Below, piece by piece: positions 59,701 through 64,000 of a stretch of DNA of 64,000 nt (the stretch's first letter is position 1; each line of letters opens with the position of its first letter). The position numbers and the translations under genes are program-made. Below the pieces are notes generated by a model, which worked only from the letters and a program-made list of their open reading frames with translations, searched no databases and was not told the origin of the DNA. Source of the stretch: Klebsormidium nitens (taxonomy: Eukaryota; Plantae; Klebsormidiophyceae); assembly GCA_000708835.1 (NCBI GenBank), contig DF237362.1:18673-82672 (forward strand), written 5' to 3'.

Positions 59701-60963
59701 CCAGCGGACCTACCTCTATCTGACATGTCCGCTCTCCGCTGCAGGTTCCACGGGACTGAACCGGAACCGCGGAAGGGCGTCCGTGGGGGGCACATTCCCG
59801 GCAGCAAGAATGTCCCCTTCCCTCAGGTGTGGGCCCTTTGGTGCCCGTATCATGTCTTCAAAAGCTCCCTAGCGTCTTTTCTGAAGCTCCCCAGCGGCAT
59901 TTTTTGAGCGAAGCTCGGATGAGAAAAGTGTTTCGAGATTGATGAGATCCGAGAGCCATTAGAGCTGGTCAAGCAGATTGAACGACGGAGAAATGTTGCC
60001 GATATGGCCAGGTGGATCCGTTTGGGAGGAAGTCGCCCATTATGCGGAGGAAGTTATCGAGTGATTGTTGACGCTTTTGATTTCATTTCACCGCTGAGTC
60101 AAGCTCCTTATTTCTCATCCATACGAAGGCTATCGCAGAGAGGAAGCTTGTCCACCCTTGCCCCGCCCCTTAGCCAGATAAGCTTTACAGTACTGGTGCG
60201 AGCCATATCCTGATCCCCCAATCTGCACACCGGCCGTTCTCGTTTTAGGTGCTGACGTCGGACGGCAGAATGAAGCCTGTAGAGGAGTTGCGGACGGTGT
60301 TTGCATCTGCTGGAGTGTCGCTCGACCGGCCGATCATTACTTCTTGTGGCACGGGCGTGACAGCCTGCGTGCTTGCCCTGGTGAGACAATCCTAAGGTTG
60401 TTGCATTTTTGTCTGAAACGTTGGCCCAGGCCCCAGATATGAGTGTGTACTTGAACGTCCTAGACACAAGATTCGCATCTCTTTTCATGTCCAAGGTCTT
60501 TGGAATCATTGAGGGTCCAAGTAAGTATGAGCTGCAATGAAGCAGCTGTTAACATTGCATTGCCAACTTAGGAGCTCAATTGCAAGAAGCAATACTATCT
60601 TGGCGCAAGAGCTCCGTGATGATCGAGGCTAAGCTCGTTGTAACACGATGCCACGTCTTGAGAGTTTCAAGTTCCTCAGTTGAAGGGCCTGATTCCCAAA
60701 ATCGCGACCTAGATGCTCCTCAGTCATCAATTCGGGGTCACGGCATGCCTAGAGGACATAGTACGAGATGGCCTTCTTCAAGCGATTAGGACGAATGTGT
60801 CTGTCGGTAACTTCGGTAATTATTCATGCTTGACGGACTGTTTTGAAACCACTTTCATTGATTGCAGGCGCTGCATAAGCTAGGGAAGAAGGACGCAGCT
60901 ATCTATGATGGCTCATGGACAGAATGGGGTGGGAGGAAGGATCTGCCCTTGGAAATGGAGTAA
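56710..60963 (+). CDS. STR1: 3-mercaptopyruvate/thiosulfate sulfurtransferase (tandem rhodanese) with organellar presequence; exons 56710-56883, 57419-57571, 57806-57865, 58283-58578, 59138-59256, 59745-59826, 60249-60380, 60868-60963
   Basis: Motifs [55 protein letters not shown], active-site loop SCGTGVTAC and YDGSWTEWG are present. The model needs one extra G in 59245-59249 and a GC donor at 59257. Confidence 0.92.
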
Positions 60964-61616
60964 AGCGCCAGATACCCACTCAATCAACATAGCCTAATCC
61001 TGCATCTACCTTGAGAGCAAAATTGGGTTTTTGTTCATCGCTTGTCTTTTAACTCGTGTGTAAACCTACAACGTTGTCTCAAGCCCTGGCGCAAAAGCGT
61101 CTCAGGATGGTGTGTCTGCCACTGCTACAAAATCCATCTGTAGGCTTCATCCACATGGTGCATCCATTGTTGAAGATATGATCGGACCATTAAATAGTTG
61201 AATCACCGGCATGCTTGATTGTTGCAAAACCTTACCGTGTTTTCCTTGCCATACACACAGAATGGGATGCCCGCCTGCATAACGTAGCCCTTGAAAGATT
61301 AAACATGAAAATTTGACAGGCCGGTTACATGCGGCATGGGCCCGCGTCTCCTAAAGGCGGTCGGGCAATTGAGTTTGCAGCCAAACGTAGAGGCTTGGCA
61401 ATTTTGCAATTTAGTTCACAACATGTCACACCACTTGTTTAGTATTGTGAGCTTGCAATTGCCTAGCAAGGCACGCATGTGAAATATTCAATGCCGGTCA
61501 CGGCATGGCCATGGTTTTCCTAGGCTCGTGTTCTCGTGTCGAAGCGCCATGATCACATCAATTCAATCTAATTGAATAGAGTTCTTTGTCCACATATGGA
61601 CGACGGCAGAGCCTTA

Positions 61617-61648
61617 TTTCAAACATATGATCGATCATATGTTTGAAA
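61617..61648. repeat. Perfect 32-bp palindrome (no loop)
   Basis: tttcaaacatatgatc|gatcatatgtttgaaa. Confidence 0.95.
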
Positions 61649-61699
61649 ACGCCCTACCTTCGAAGGAAGTTGAGTCGGCTGAAGCAATAAAAAAGCATG

Positions 61700-64000
61700 T
61701 GCGGGCATTCAAGGCTGGCATTTGAATCATGATTGCCCGTCACCCTGTCCTTGACCGCGACCTAAATTTTGAGAAGTAACCGAGTTGAGTGATAGGAACT
61801 TCGCGACTTTAGAGATCAAAAGTGACATTTTTGTGTTTAAAAACGCGACATCTGGTCCAATCATGATACGCAACCGATCACAAACCATGCCTCTGAAAGG
61901 TGCTCGTACCTCCAATTTTGGTCCAACCCGAATGCCCCTTGATGCCAATCAGAGCACAAACGGATGGTACGGACTGGGCTCGTAGCCTTATGTGAATTAT
62001 ATTTGGCCCGCTAGCGCTGCTTTTCGGCCAAACACGCTTTACCGCCGGGATATTGGGGAATATAAATCAGCCTTGTTTCAACAGACCGACCCACTTCCGG
62101 AGGGGTTGTCGGATGTCATGCCATGGTACGTTGTCGACGCGGTAGCGCCTCTGCGCCACCATGTCTACTCGGATCATCTGTGCTACATGCGAATTGCCAA
62201 CATGCCAATTCTAGCCACAACAAATTAGTTGGCTACCCGTTGGTTACCAAGTATAAAGGCATTCCGACCTATGATGGACCCACCAATCCGCTTGGCACAC
62301 CGCCAACTTGCACACCCGGCGCACGGCGCACCTCATGTACAAGAGCGCAAGCACATGCGCTCAGGGAACTTCTGCTTTGGCACCCATGAAGAGAAGCTAC
62401 AATCAGGTGACCTCACAGGGACCTTACTAAGCCGTCATAGCGCAACTTCTCCCTCTCAGGCTCGCAACATACAGAAAGTTGCATCAGCAACTTTTGCGTT
62501 CAGCTTACAGGGCTGGCCGCAGTCCTAGCTCCTCTCCGCGGTCTGCACTACACTATTTAAACAACCTATCATGGATTGAGTCTTGAGCGCAGGGCTCCGT
62601 CCGACTGAATCAAACCCTAAAATCGACGACTCATGTCCAGTGCGCACGCGCAGGTCCGATACACTACGGCACTGCGGCCCGATGCATGATAGGAAACCGA
62701 GGGGAAACCGGAGATAGAATTCGAACGGGCCAAAAGTTCCATGGTAATGTGGTCCTTTTCCAAGGTACATATAGACTCACCTCTATATTGTGTGTTCGAC
62801 TTTTGAAGGTGGGTAACTTTAAAAAGAACTTTTGACGCCAATGATGTGGTTCACGTGAGTGTGCATACTATTTGAGCCAGGCTTGGCATCGTGTGAAACA
62901 TCCGTGCATATGCGTGAGTCCGGACCCTTTGGATATGAAACCAACCACCAGGGGGGTAAAGTCGAAAGATCGACCCAAAAATCACCGGCCACTGGTCAGG
63001 ATTGCCCAAGCCCCGACAAAAAAAGGCCGAAATTAGACACCTATAAAATTGAGGATGGATATACGTTCTCTTCGAAACACAAGTGGAATGCATATCTTTG
63101 GGTTTAGTGTGACCGATTCGGAGCAATAGATCATAATTGACCGGCCCGGGATGCAAATGCCCATGGATCATTGTCATTTTTGACAAAAAACGTTTGACCA
63201 TTTTCTTGAGACCCGGTTGATTGTTGTGGCGTGGGTTTTGGGGGACCTTTTGCAGAGGGCTGGCAAGAGTAGGTACAACTTGTATACAAGGCTATTGAAT
63301 ACCTCCTTCTAATACCTTCTTCATATGCAGAAAGTTATAGAATTTGCGACTTTTAGCCCTGCTGTCAAGAGTGGACCATTTGGCACCGCCCACCAGCCCC
63401 TCGATTCTTCGCCATATCAGAGCTCCGAGAACCGGCCACCAGGCCCACCAACAAAACCAAAATTAGCGGAGGTCCGGTTGCCATTGCACATATAGTACAA
63501 ATTGGCAAGAAGCCCTAAGTTTAATGGGGCCGGTTCCAAGGATTGAAGTTACGTTATAAATCTAACTTTCATGTTTAATTTGCACATTGGTGTGAAGTCA
63601 TTATACTACAACTCGTAGAAAGAGCCGACGCCGATGTGGACACTCTTTTGAAGCGAGTATTAGAAAACTTCACGAAGTTCCACATTTTGAAACGTTCTTG
63701 CTAGTGGTGACACTACTCAGACCGTCTCGATTAAAATAAGGCCAAAGCTGATGTGGTGAAACTTTCTAGAAACGTCCGATGCCATTGTGCAAAGACAAAT
63801 TTGAGCACGTATATAAAAATTTACGCTGATGTGAACCTAGCCTTGTCAATTTTTATGTTCACGCAAGTGTGGATTTTTTGAGCCTGAATATATCGCTTGA
63901 CGCTCAGTGATGTTGTTTCTTTCCGACGTGCATCAGAAATTTCCAACTTGAGGTGGAGCTTTTAGAGGTGGGTATTGAAATTCTCACGCCAATGTTGAGA
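61700..64000. mobile_element. Probable decayed transposon-derived DNA (boundaries approximate)
   Basis: No phase-consistent GC-rich exons were found. The region is more AT-rich, with short broken ORF fragments on the minus strand. No TIR/TSD pair was identified. Confidence 0.3.

Noticed and set aside
62612-62621. Telo-box / telomere-like AAACCCTAA
   Set aside because: It is a single isolated copy that is not in a recognisable promoter, so it is expected by chance.

Overview
This is intron-rich eukaryotic genomic DNA with GC-rich exons and GT-AG introns of about 0.2-0.9 kb. Plant-type genes sit beside a probable flagellar coiled-coil gene, which points to a charophyte green alga such as Klebsormidium (inference). 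Eight spliced genes were reconstructed by hand with phase-consistent exons. They are: a bestrophin-family channel (+, 5' end outside the window), an EF-hand Na+/Ca2+ exchanger-like NCL (-), a DUF4470/MYND-finger gene with two apparent frameshifts (+), an ECA3-type P2A Ca2+-ATPase (-), an ODA-docking-complex-like coiled-coil protein (-), a TAT-type thylakoid-lumen protein (+), a secreted SOUL haem-binding protein (-) and a two-domain sulfurtransferase (+). There is also a small Ala/Gly-rich ORF, a Tourist-like MITE, two long perfect palindromes and decayed TE-like DNA at the right end. The most striking signal is a set of intronic tandem arrays of '3-prime splice site + exon start' copies just upstream of functional exons. 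ECA3 has two 5-copy arrays and the coiled-coil gene has further copies. In the array copying the Ca2+-binding PEGL exon, the three nearest copies differ from the functional exon only at synonymous positions over 15 codons. Second, the NCL appears to carry a bipartite plastid/thylakoid-type targeting sequence. No tRNA, rRNA or CRISPR array was recognised. All family assignments come from remembered motifs, not database searches.
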